DNA of 64,000 nt from Candidatus Parvarchaeota archaeon (GCA_017608385.1 JAFCFZ010000001.1:8734-72733), one strand, 5' to 3'; counted from the stretch's first letter, positions 46,234 to 54,664 are shown. Numbers and translations: made by a program. Notes: generated by a model not told the origin, from the sequence alone.

Positions 46234-47264
46234 TGGATTTGAAAAAAATAATACCAATATTGGCAGTGGTTTTGGTACTTGGATGTATACAAGCTCCAGC
46301 AGAAGAAACCAAATTAATGGAATCTGAAGGATTAGGAATTCTATTATTCGGACTTCCATCTAATCCAGAAAATCCTGTTATAGAAATTGAAAAAGTTCCC
46401 GCTAATTCAGATGCCTTTCTTAGTCTTATCTTAAGAAACAATGCAGAAGGAGACATAGCTAAAGATATCACAGTTAGTCTAGACAATGTTGAGCCGTTTG
46501 ATATTGTAGAATGTGGAGATCAACATTCTCCTGTTGCTCAAAGAACTGAAGCATGTTATGGAAGTATATATGATGACAGACTTGAAGATGACTATAGAAC
46601 ACACAGAATAAATGAGATGAGACCTGATGAAGAATTAGAATTTTTTTGGGTGTTAAAATCTCCATCTAAACTAATAACGGGGGGTTTGTATTATCAACAC
46701 CCTATTTATGTAAGTGTGAATTATCACTATCATACAAGTATCTATACTGGTGTTGCTGCAATGACCTTTCAAGAGTATTCTTCAAGAAAATCTGGAGGAG
46801 GAAGTTTAACAGGAACTAGTACTTCAAGTGCAGGAGAGGTAATTGTTTATTCCCAAACAAGTGAGCCTATCTTATATGTTCAAGGTTCTCCTGGTTCATT
46901 TGTATTGAAATTATTAATAACTAATAGAGGAAATGGGATCCCAAAACCGAATGAAAAAGTCAACTTAACTATTGAGTTTGATAAAAATCTTGTTGAATTA
47001 AATGGAGAAACAACAGTTGATGTTGCAAATCAAAATCAGTTAAGATGGTTTAATACAGAATATGGAGCAAACAAACAAGATAGAGAATCATTATTACTCC
47101 AACAAATAGAACCAATCAATTTGATATCAAATTCTTACACAATAAATGTTCCTTTCAAATTATTGGAAAGTAATGCTAATTACCAAATTTTACCTTTTTA
47201 TGTGAGAATCAGTTATGATTATTCTTTAGAAAGTCAGACAGCATTAGGGGTGATACCAACTTGA
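46224..47264 (+). CDS. Lipobox-like secreted protein
   Basis: The N-terminus MDLKKIIPILAVVLVLGCIQAPAEE contains the lipobox-like LVLGC. It is beta-rich with N-glycan sequons and overlaps the next gene. Confidence 0.5.
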   Translation: MCLMDLKKIIPILAVVLVLGCIQAPAEETKLMESEGLGILLFGLPSNPENPVIEIEKVPANSDAFLSLILRNNAEGDIAKDITVSLDNVEPFDIVECGDQHSPVAQRTEACYGSIYDDRLEDDYRTHRINEMRPDEELEFFWVLKSPSKLITGGLYYQHPIYVSVNYHYHTSIYTGVAAMTFQEYSSRKSGGGSLTGTSTSSAGEVIVYSQTSEPILYVQGSPGSFVLKLLITNRGNGIPKPNEKVNLTIEFDKNLVELNGETTVDVANQNQLRWFNTEYGANKQDRESLLLQQIEPINLISNSYTINVPFKLLESNANYQILPFYVRISYDYSLESQTALGVIPT

Positions 47265-48136
47265 AAAAATATATACCTCTCTTTCTAGTGTTGCTTGTTC
47301 TTGGATGTATTCAACAAGAACCTGAAACAAATGACAAAATAATAACTTTTAACGGTTTGACAATTGTTTCATTCTCTGCAGACATAACCAACTTATTACC
47401 AGGAGAAACAACAGATTTGGAACTTTATATCAGAAACATTGGTGACTTCACTGCAGATAATATTGAGACTAAATTAATTGGTTTAGGTGAAATGACTGCA
47501 TTAATGAGAGGTTCCCCTCTAACAGAATTAGAACAAGCAGATTATGATTCATTTTCATGGGAATTAACAGCACCAAATATAGCTGGATTTACAACAGAGG
47601 TACCAATGACCCCTCAAGCAACAGTATATTACAAATATTTTTCACAGGCTTGGTCTGATGTAAATATTGTTCCTTCTTCATATTCTGAACAAGTAACTTC
47701 AGCAAATGGTACTTCCTCAGCTCCAATTGACATCACTATAACCCCAAGTTCAACTCCTTTGAGAACATATAGAGACAATATGCCTCTAAACATCCATATA
47801 GATTTAACAAATAGAGGGGGGGGAGGAATAGCATATTTCGAAAGTGGAGTTGAAAATTCAGCAAAAGCCAATTTTGTTGAGAATATAGTTATTAGATTCC
47901 CATCAGAATGGATAATTACAGATGATTCTTGGACCCTTTTAGGGGATAATGGTGCTGAAAAAGTATATTCATTGGGATGTTCTAGTGAATCCATTGTCCC
48001 ATATATCTGTCCTTCTGGATATAGTAAAGTGGGGAGTTCTTGTATTCAGTGTCCTTCTGGATATAGTTATAATGTAGAAGTTGGATGTGTTTTAGAAGTT
48101 GCAATAATTGATCCGGAAGTTTTCAGGATACAATAA
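47261..48136 (+). CDS. Lipobox-like secreted protein with CPSGY repeats; its C-terminal part appears to continue in ORF 48108..48626 after a +1 frameshift
   Basis: The N-terminus MKKYIPLFLVLLVLGCIQQEPE carries the same LVLGCIQ as the upstream gene. The C-terminus starts the repeats ICPSGYSKVGSSCIQCPSGYSYNVEVGC. The ORF ends 11 codons after a T4 run (48120-48123) where the reading frame switches. Confidence 0.5.
   Translation: MKKYIPLFLVLLVLGCIQQEPETNDKIITFNGLTIVSFSADITNLLPGETTDLELYIRNIGDFTADNIETKLIGLGEMTALMRGSPLTELEQADYDSFSWELTAPNIAGFTTEVPMTPQATVYYKYFSQAWSDVNIVPSSYSEQVTSANGTSSAPIDITITPSSTPLRTYRDNMPLNIHIDLTNRGGGGIAYFESGVENSAKANFVENIVIRFPSEWIITDDSWTLLGDNGAEKVYSLGCSSESIVPYICPSGYSKVGSSCIQCPSGYSYNVEVGCVLEVAIIDPEVFRIQ
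48008..48121 (+). repeat. 114-bp perfect direct repeat, copy 1 (copy 2 at 48243..48356)
   Basis: The 114-bp sequence TGTCCTTCTGGATATAGTAAAGTGGGGAG...ATTGATCCGGAAGTT is identical at both sites. A diverged 121-bp copy of the same coding unit lies between the two. Confidence 0.85.
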
Positions 48137-48626
48137 GGTTGGGGTCTTTTGTATAACATGTCCATCTGGATATACCTACGACATGGAGATTGGTTGTATA
48201 AAAGGAGAGGATATACTCTCAACAGAATCTACAGACCCTATTTGTCCTTCTGGATATAGTAAAGTGGGGAGTTCTTGTATTCAGTGTCCTTCTGGATATA
48301 GTTATAATGTAGAAGTTGGATGTGTTTTAGAAGTTGCAATAATTGATCCGGAAGTTATAATTGATCCGGAAGTTGCTGATCCTCTTTGTCCAAATGGTTC
48401 TGTGGAAGAAGAAGGAAAATGTATTTCAACAGATTCAGAAAGTTGTACAATTGATGATTTGAATTATAAATTAAGATTAACTCAAGGTAATTCAAACTTA
48501 GTTATAGTTCCATTCAATATCAGTCAAGTAGACACACCAGTAACTGAAAGATTCTATGTGAATATGACTTATGGATATAAATTGAATTCAAATCCAATAA
48601 CAATAACAATAATTCCCTTAATCTAA
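48108..48626 (+). CDS. CPSGY-repeat protein fragment, probably the C-terminal continuation of 47261..48136
   Basis: It has no signal peptide of its own. It continues the repeat motif (GYNKVGVFCITCPSGYTYDMEIGC, ICPSGYSKVGSSCIQCPSGYSYNVEVGC, IIDPEVIIDPEV, CPNGSVEEEGKC). Confidence 0.45.
   Translation: MIRKFSGYNKVGVFCITCPSGYTYDMEIGCIKGEDILSTESTDPICPSGYSKVGSSCIQCPSGYSYNVEVGCVLEVAIIDPEVIIDPEVADPLCPNGSVEEEGKCISTDSESCTIDDLNYKLRLTQGNSNLVIVPFNISQVDTPVTERFYVNMTYGYKLNSNPITITIIPLI
48243..48356 (+). repeat. 114-bp perfect direct repeat, copy 2
   Basis: It is identical to 48008..48121. Confidence 0.85.
48339..48374 (+). repeat. 18-bp tandem duplication (ATAATTGATCCGGAAGTT x2) encoding IIDPEV-IIDPEV
   Basis: It is read directly from the sequence and abuts the end of repeat copy 2. 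Confidence 0.8.
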
Positions 48627-49846
48627 AAAAAGTCAGTTATTCTTCTCTCTTTCATAACTATTGGTTCTCCATAAACACCATCATATCCTGGTTTAACTTG
48701 GAGTTTATTATTTCTCATCAAAGCAACCATATCCCCTAACTTTCTATTTATTGCAGAAATATTTTCAATTGGAACATTAAGAAGAATATTAAACTCATTA
48801 TCAAATTTTTCAATAAAAGAATTATAAATATCCCATGCTTTTTTAGTTGCTATGCCTGTCTCCTCTACTTTTGAAATTAATTCTTGAAAAGGGAGAAGTT
48901 TTTTGAAAGGAATACTATTTTCAGGAACAAAACCCAATTTCCTATCTGCTAACTCATCAACTCTGTAATCAACACCAATTGTAAGGGGTTTTCCACATTT
49001 TGGACAAATCCCTTTAACCTTTTTAGTTTCAGAGGGTTTCATAACAACATTACAAGATCTATGTCCATCATAATGATATTTCCCATAAGCTGGTTCAGTT
49101 TCAATAGTAAAGAGAAATTTTTCTTTTGTTCTTATTGCTTGTATAATATTATCATATGTTGGATCATCAATATCAAAAACATTACATTCTCTTCCTATTC
49201 TCCAGGGATATGGTGAATGACTATCACTGTTTGAAATCAATGTGTATTTATCCAATTGACTTAATCTCCAATTCATTTCTGGATCACTTGACAATCCCGT
49301 CTCCAAAGCAAAAATATGTTTTGTCATATCTTCATAACAGTCTTCCACTGTATCAAATCCACTTTTAGAACCAAAAAGTGAAAACCAAGGTGTCCAAATA
49401 TGTGCAGGAATTATTTGAATATTTTTGTCAATTGATTTGAGGATTTCTACTAATTCGGGGGACTTAATTCCTAAAATAGGTCTACCATCTGAAATTAAAT
49501 TCCCTCTTTTACCAAGAACATCTATTATTTGGTAGGCTGAATCAAAACTAGGCACGGTGATTATATGGTGAATCTTCCTAACTTTATCTCCCTTTTTGTA
49601 GATACATGATATTTCTCCAGTTAACATGAATTTCATACCTTTGTGATCAAAAAGACCATTGTTCAAATCAGATAACTGGGGTTTTATTTCATCTAACCAT
49701 CTCTTAAATGTACAATCTCCTGTTGCTAAAACATGTAAACCTTTCATCTTTCCATATTTAGTCATGATTGAAGGTATCATCTTATCAGAAGTTCCTCTAG
49801 CATAAGGTGAGTGTAGATGTAAATCTGCAAATAACATTTTAACCAA
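48623..49846 (-). CDS. PHP-domain endonuclease, EndoQ-like, with a C-terminal zinc ribbon
   Basis: The N-terminus LFADLHLHSPYARGTS...GLHVLATGDCTF...MKFMLTGEIS resembles the EndoQ/PHP N-terminus. The C-terminal part has GICPKCGKPLTIG, a zinc ribbon. Confidence 0.5.
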   Translation of the reverse strand: MVKMLFADLHLHSPYARGTSDKMIPSIMTKYGKMKGLHVLATGDCTFKRWLDEIKPQLSDLNNGLFDHKGMKFMLTGEISCIYKKGDKVRKIHHIITVPSFDSAYQIIDVLGKRGNLISDGRPILGIKSPELVEILKSIDKNIQIIPAHIWTPWFSLFGSKSGFDTVEDCYEDMTKHIFALETGLSSDPEMNWRLSQLDKYTLISNSDSHSPYPWRIGRECNVFDIDDPTYDNIIQAIRTKEKFLFTIETEPAYGKYHYDGHRSCNVVMKPSETKKVKGICPKCGKPLTIGVDYRVDELADRKLGFVPENSIPFKKLLPFQELISKVEETGIATKKAWDIYNSFIEKFDNEFNILLNVPIENISAINRKLGDMVALMRNNKLQVKPGYDGVYGEPIVMKERRITDFF

Positions 49847-50573
49847 TATAATTAATTGATTCTTTTTCTAAATTCCTTTTTGAAGACCTTCTTTTTGGTT
49901 CCTCAACAAGAGTCATTTCTTTCATCTTTTTGAGGTCTATTTTAAATCCTAAATATTCAGAAAGGAACTTAACTATTTTCCTGGCGCCTTTTACACCAAG
50001 ATAAGCTGGATGAGCATAAGTGTCAACAAGAAGAGAAAATCCTTCAAAGCCATTTTGTTGTGCTAGTCCTAATAATACTCCTGCAGCACCTATTACTACA
50101 CTAACGCAAGAAGGATCTGTACAAACCCCTCTTTTACCTATTTTTGAAAGTGTTTTTTTACTGGTTGCTACAGTATGTAATTTAACTATTTTAGGAACTT
50201 TTCTATGACCTATCCCACCTAAAGTAATAATTTCTTTGACTCCTAAATCTCTTGAAACTTTTAGAATTGCTTCTGATATCCTATAAGTCCCTGGTTCTGA
50301 TGAAGCTTGAGTATCTCCAATCAAAAGAACAATGTCTCTTTTCTTGTTTTTTATGAAGTAAACCTTTAAATTTGGAAGAGTTACCAAACTCTCTTCAGAA
50401 ACAAAAACAGAATGAGGTAAATCATCAGAATAAATAGTACAATATTCTTCTGCTTTCAATTCTTTTGCAATAAAATCCACAGATATTTTTGCTACATTTC
50501 CTATTCCTGGAAGCCCTTCAACTAGTATTGGATTTTTTAGATTTGGTTTCTTTTTCTTCTTGATTAATATCAT
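49839..50573 (-). CDS. PAC2-family proteasome assembly chaperone (second paralog)
   Basis: ILVEGLPGIGNVAKISVDFIAKEL...DLPHSVFVSEESLVTLPNLKVYF is the PAC2 N-terminal pattern. The C-terminus is charged. Confidence 0.5.
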   Translation of the reverse strand: MILIKKKKKPNLKNPILVEGLPGIGNVAKISVDFIAKELKAEEYCTIYSDDLPHSVFVSEESLVTLPNLKVYFIKNKKRDIVLLIGDTQASSEPGTYRISEAILKVSRDLGVKEIITLGGIGHRKVPKIVKLHTVATSKKTLSKIGKRGVCTDPSCVSVVIGAAGVLLGLAQQNGFEGFSLLVDTYAHPAYLGVKGARKIVKFLSEYLGFKIDLKKMKEMTLVEEPKRRSSKRNLEKESINYIG

Positions 50574-50715
50574 TTTTTGTCATTCTCCTGTATTTTCCAT
50601 ATTTGTCTTCAGGTGAAAACTTTGGGGGCTTATTTTGTATTGTCTTTTTTTCACAAATAGGACATTTCTCCTTCAAAGTGTATTCTCTGCATTTATCGCA
50701 GAAAAGTATCATCAT
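50518..50715 (-). CDS. nop10: H/ACA RNP protein Nop10
   Basis: It has the Nop10 zinc ribbon CDKCREYTLKEKCPICEKKT plus PPKFSPEDKYGKYRR, the Nop10 signature. Confidence 0.8.
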   Translation of the reverse strand: MMILFCDKCREYTLKEKCPICEKKTIQNKPPKFSPEDKYGKYRRMTKNDINQEEKETKSKKSNTS

Positions 50716-51476
50716 AATAATACCTTAAATTCCGTGTTATTTTTCTTGCTCAAAGATTCCATTTCTTCTAAAAAAGAATTCATTATCTTTTCTCCTTCTT
50801 TGTAATCATTTGTAACAAAAAAAACCTCATATTTTGGAGCAGCTCTGTATTTTAATTCTATTTGAGGAACTTTTTCAGATGCCTTTGAAAATATTTGTTT
50901 TATCATTTCTGATCCATCGGGATTAAGGTTTTTTATGAAAAGGTCCTTTTTGATTTTGATTTTCTTTCTTGCAATTATTGCTTCAACTTCTTTTATCATC
51001 TCTTTTTTCCATTCATTATTTATGCTCAATGAATCAATAACTTCTATTCCTTTTCTTTGAACAAGTTTCATAAAATCTCCAAGACTATTGTAATCCTTTA
51101 AAATCTCTTCTTCAACGTCCTCTGATGTTCCTGTTTTCAGTTTTTTTCCAATGAATTCAAGAAGTTTATCAAATCTTTTTGAAAGTCTCCATTCAGCAAA
51201 TTTTCTCTTTTTTTCTCCTTCCCTTACTCTCTTAAGAGAAACATCAACATATCTTTTATCATAATTTATTCTCAAAGCAATGCAAATAATTTGTTTTTCA
51301 TGTTGAATATAATCTTTAATGTTCTTTATTCTCCCACTTGCAACTTCTGATATATGTAGCATTGCATCTTGGTTTTCATACTCATCTAAAGAAACAAATG
51401 CTGAATGAGGAGAAATACTCTTTACAGTACATACAAGAAGTTCATTTCTTTTAGGTAAACCTCTTTTAAGTTTCAT
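50712..51476 (-). CDS. eif2a: Translation initiation factor 2 alpha subunit (aIF2alpha)
   Basis: An N-terminal S1 domain (LPKRNELLVCTVKSISPHSAFVSLDEYENQDAMLHISEVAS) is followed by a helical domain and a C-terminal alpha/beta domain. It sits in the conserved L44e-S27e-eIF2alpha-Nop10 order. Confidence 0.8.
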   Translation of the reverse strand: MKLKRGLPKRNELLVCTVKSISPHSAFVSLDEYENQDAMLHISEVASGRIKNIKDYIQHEKQIICIALRINYDKRYVDVSLKRVREGEKKRKFAEWRLSKRFDKLLEFIGKKLKTGTSEDVEEEILKDYNSLGDFMKLVQRKGIEVIDSLSINNEWKKEMIKEVEAIIARKKIKIKKDLFIKNLNPDGSEMIKQIFSKASEKVPQIELKYRAAPKYEVFFVTNDYKEGEKIMNSFLEEMESLSKKNNTEFKVLL

Positions 51477-51661
51477 TCTAGTACTTCCAAAACTTTTGCC
51501 TTTATTTTAGACTTTCCTCCAGTAGGTTCAACAAGCAATGATTTACATTTAGGACATTCAACTTTACTGGCTGCACTTCCAAAAACTACTGCTTCTGTTT
51601 TACATTTAGGACATTTTATTTTCAAAAACCTAGATTTTGGAGTTTGTATCATATCACTCAT
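51473..51661 (-). CDS. rps27e: Ribosomal protein S27e
   Basis: Taking the internal start MSDMIQTPKSRFLKIKCPKCKTEAVVFGSAASKVECPKCKSLLVEPTGGKSKI gives a 62-aa C4 zinc-finger protein. The ATG overlaps the L44e stop. Confidence 0.8.
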   Translation of the reverse strand: MSDMIQTPKSRFLKIKCPKCKTEAVVFGSAASKVECPKCKSLLVEPTGGKSKIKAKVLEVLE

Positions 51662-51951
51662 TGCATTTCCACCTTTTTTGCTCTTTTTCCTTTTTTTGGT
51701 GTTTGTGATTTTCCACAATCAGGACATTTATATCTCAAATCAATCTTTTTTGAGGATTTTGCACCATATTTTGCTCCTTTTTCAGGTTTAGGTCTTGGAT
51801 ATCCTCCATAACCAGCTATTTTTGATTTGAATCTTCTTTGTCCTTCTTTCATAGAACCTCTTCTTCTACCAGATTTAACTATTGAAGTCGTATGTTCGGT
51901 GTGTTTCTTACATTTTGGACAGTATCTTCTATTTTTCTTTGGAATTTTCAT
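51658..51951 (-). CDS. rpl44e: Ribosomal protein L44e
   Basis: The sequence MKIPKKNRRYCPKCKKHTEHT...KSKIAGYGGYPRPK...RYKCPDCGKS is the L44e pattern with its C4 zinc finger. Confidence 0.85.
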   Translation of the reverse strand: MKIPKKNRRYCPKCKKHTEHTTSIVKSGRRRGSMKEGQRRFKSKIAGYGGYPRPKPEKGAKYGAKSSKKIDLRYKCPDCGKSQTPKKGKRAKKVEMQ

Positions 51952-52525
51952 CTTTGATCTCCTCTACTTTACCTCTTTTGGTCAAGAGGTCTGATAACTC
52001 TTCAGAGAGATTTCCCATATCCTCTTTTGAGAATGGACCATAACTCTTGTTATTCCAAACAAATGGAGCTACGTCATCTAAAAATCTCACGAGTTTTGTT
52101 TTACCCACCCCTTCTCCTTTTTTAACCTTTTCCGCTGATGTAATTGCCTTTGAAACATTATTTCTGTGCTGTTTTACAGTGTCTAAGGTCTTTTCAAAAA
52201 GCTTTTTCTCGTGTTCTAACATATTTGAAGTATTATGAATACTTATTTCTTTTTTAGCTGACAAAATTGCATGATAAATTATTTTCTTTTCTCTTAATTG
52301 GAATAAAATATCAACAACCCTAATAGCATTTTCCATCTCAACCCTGGCTCTTTCTTCCATCTCCTTTGAAAAGGGGTTATTGTCTTTTTTGTTTTTTGAA
52401 ATAATATTTTTTTTATCTTGAAGATATTCTGAGATTTCTTGAAGAAAATCGTCTCCCAAATCTTGAATGCTTGAGCTTTCTTTTTCTCTTCTTTGCATAT
52501 TTCTTATCTCAGAATAAGTTATCAT
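51929..52525 (-). CDS. GINS complex subunit (Gins51/Gins23-like), putative
   Basis: The N-terminal MITYSEIRNMQRREKESSSIQDLGDDFLQEISEYL matches the archaeal GINS A-domain start (Y.E.R...REK.S..L..L..DFY..V..YL). It is adjacent to the primase and PCNA genes. Confidence 0.45.
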   Translation of the reverse strand: MITYSEIRNMQRREKESSSIQDLGDDFLQEISEYLQDKKNIISKNKKDNNPFSKEMEERARVEMENAIRVVDILFQLREKKIIYHAILSAKKEISIHNTSNMLEHEKKLFEKTLDTVKQHRNNVSKAITSAEKVKKGEGVGKTKLVRFLDDVAPFVWNNKSYGPFSKEDMGNLSEELSDLLTKRGKVEEIKDENSKEK

Positions 52526-53817
52526 TTTTTATTACCCAATTTTTTCTTGTATTTCTGGTTTTTAAAGCTATATGTGACTGGATTTTTGATTTGTTTACAT
52601 ATATTATCAGGAAAACAAACTTTCATATCTTTATAGTATCCTTTATTATCACAATTGGGTGGAAGATATCCAATATTTCTAGAATACCATTTTATCTGAC
52701 TTTTGATATAATTTGGTCTAAGGGGTTCTGGATTTTTTTTATTCCACTCTTCTAAAGTATTTTCAATCATTTTTTGATCCCATCCTACTAATCTTAAAAA
52801 AGTAGCTAAGACAAAAACACTTCTCTTTCTTCCATCTTCAATGCCTTGAAGGATCTTTTTTATACATGGAGGAAAGAATTTCTCTGGTATTGCTTTTTCA
52901 GGAATAACATATTCTTTTCCCAAATCTCTTTTTAGGCTCTCTTCCACATCTTGTCTCTGAACAAAGTCATATGCTTGTGAAAAGAGCCACTTAGCTTCAT
53001 TCTTTTTTCCTTTTTTTGTGATAAATTGCTTTTCAAAAGAGACTTTATCCTTTTCTGCCATTTTCCTATCAAATTCTAAAATTTTATCCTTATCAACAGG
53101 GATACTAACTAACCATGTTTTTTCATTTAATGAATAAGGCATTCTGATTAAATGTCTACTTGAAATAGCTACTGAATCTATTGAAATGACTTGAGAAGGA
53201 TCAAAAACACCATCTATAAAGAGTTCTTTTTCTTTTTTGCCTGATTCCTTAGCAATTTTCTCAATGCTTCCTTCATAATCAATTAGTTCATTGGAAAGCC
53301 TTCCAGATACCATTTGCATTATATACTTTGCAATGTTTTGAGCTGCCTCTGGAAACAACTCCATAGTAGGTTTTCCATTGACTGCTGGAGGAAATGTCTC
53401 AAATGGAACAGCTATATGCCATCCTGTTCCTCCTGAAAATTTAACAGAAATATTCTCTAGTTCATGATATTCTAATGCTTTTACAACTAAATGAGCGCAT
53501 ATCCTTCCATAATCAAAAACACTAGTGTCAATATCTAGTATCAAATCCCACCCCGATCTGATGTTATCCATTTCTTTTTTACTCATTTCAGAACTAAGCA
53601 TCATGGGATTAATCCATCTCTCTTCACTCATATGAAAACTAACAGCTCCATTTCTGACCCAATCTTCTAAATCAGATTGGTATCTAAGGGTTTGAGGTCT
53701 CCTCCCAAAGCCACCATCACGGAATTTAGGGGAAATTTCTCTATTCTCTGCTTCCTTGAGAATTGCTTGTTTAACTTCCTCTCTAGAATAATACTTCAGG
53801 ATATCACTAATCTTCAT
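52522..53817 (-). CDS. priSL: DNA primase, with the PriS catalytic domain fused to a PriL-like Fe-S C-terminal domain
   Basis: The PriS motifs are LILDIDT (DxD) and FSGGTGWHI (SGGRGYH-like), with a zinc knuckle nearby. The C-terminal 100 aa (FFPPCIKKILQGIEDGRKRSVFVLATFLRLVGW...YLPPNCDNKGYYKDMKVCFPDNICKQI) resembles the PriL C-terminal Fe-S region. I saw no separate priL in the window. Confidence 0.5.
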   Translation of the reverse strand: MKISDILKYYSREEVKQAILKEAENREISPKFRDGGFGRRPQTLRYQSDLEDWVRNGAVSFHMSEERWINPMMLSSEMSKKEMDNIRSGWDLILDIDTSVFDYGRICAHLVVKALEYHELENISVKFSGGTGWHIAVPFETFPPAVNGKPTMELFPEAAQNIAKYIMQMVSGRLSNELIDYEGSIEKIAKESGKKEKELFIDGVFDPSQVISIDSVAISSRHLIRMPYSLNEKTWLVSIPVDKDKILEFDRKMAEKDKVSFEKQFITKKGKKNEAKWLFSQAYDFVQRQDVEESLKRDLGKEYVIPEKAIPEKFFPPCIKKILQGIEDGRKRSVFVLATFLRLVGWDQKMIENTLEEWNKKNPEPLRPNYIKSQIKWYSRNIGYLPPNCDNKGYYKDMKVCFPDNICKQIKNPVTYSFKNQKYKKKLGNKK

Positions 53818-53870
53818 AGAAATAATTCTGGTTTTATAGTTTAAAAAATTCTTGTATAAGGTATCACTAA

Positions 53871-54611
53871 TTAATCTAATTCTGTTCTGGGTGCTAAAAC
53901 AAATTTTAGGCTTAATTTATCTTCAACTCTATATTCTAATTGAACTGGATAATCTGTGCTAAATTTTATTGTCAAATCATCTGAAAAAGAGGATGGTTTT
54001 AACATTCTTTCAAGATAATCTATTCCATATCTTGATCTCCCCACTCCTTCAAATGAAAATCCCTTGGTTTCTTTATTAAGAAGCATATGAAAACCTTGAG
54101 AATTTCCTTCAGAACTCATTTCAAAACCTTTTTCAGAAGCTTCAAAAACAGCTGCTTCAGAAATCATCGAAGCATCTGTGACAACATCTTTAAAGAGTTT
54201 TGAGGTAATATTCAATGTACATCCAAATTCTAAAGGAGGTATTGATTGTTCAGAATCAAGAGGTTCAATTAAAGGTAATAAGAAGTTTCTTACTGAATTT
54301 CCTTGGAAAAGTATTTTTAACTTATTTTCTTCATCCAATATTTCCATAACTAAAATGTCCTCTGGTCTTGCTCTTTTCAAAATTTTCAACAATAAATCTA
54401 GATTTATTGTCATCAAAGTGTCTGATGCTTCAAAAGAATCAAAAGCAGTATTATTAATATTTAGGATCACCATAGCAGCTCCAGCAGGATCCATTGCTAT
54501 TAGTTTCATTCCTGTTGGACTTAATTTGAATGTTCCCTCAGTAACTAAAGAAGATATAGAATCTAATACATTTCTTAAAAATGAAGGATCTGAGGTTCTT
54601 AATTTGAACAT
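53871..54611 (-). CDS. pcn: DNA polymerase sliding clamp PCNA
   Basis: This 246-aa protein (MFKLRTSDPSFLRNVLDSISSLVTEGTFKLSPTGMKLIAMDPAGAAMVILNINNTAFDSFEA) shows the two-domain PCNA fold pattern. Confidence 0.8.
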   Translation of the reverse strand: MFKLRTSDPSFLRNVLDSISSLVTEGTFKLSPTGMKLIAMDPAGAAMVILNINNTAFDSFEASDTLMTINLDLLLKILKRARPEDILVMEILDEENKLKILFQGNSVRNFLLPLIEPLDSEQSIPPLEFGCTLNITSKLFKDVVTDASMISEAAVFEASEKGFEMSSEGNSQGFHMLLNKETKGFSFEGVGRSRYGIDYLERMLKPSSFSDDLTIKFSTDYPVQLEYRVEDKLSLKFVLAPRTELD

Positions 54612-54664
54612 AGATTAAGGGTCTTGTTTTGATTTTATATATTTTTAGTAATGAAAGTATCTAA

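Noticed and set aside
48008-48356. The 114-bp repeat pair as a diversity-generating retroelement TR/VR pair
   Set aside because: The two copies are identical, with no adenine-specific substitutions, and no reverse transcriptase (YxDD) ORF exists anywhere in the window. A recent tandem duplication explains it better.
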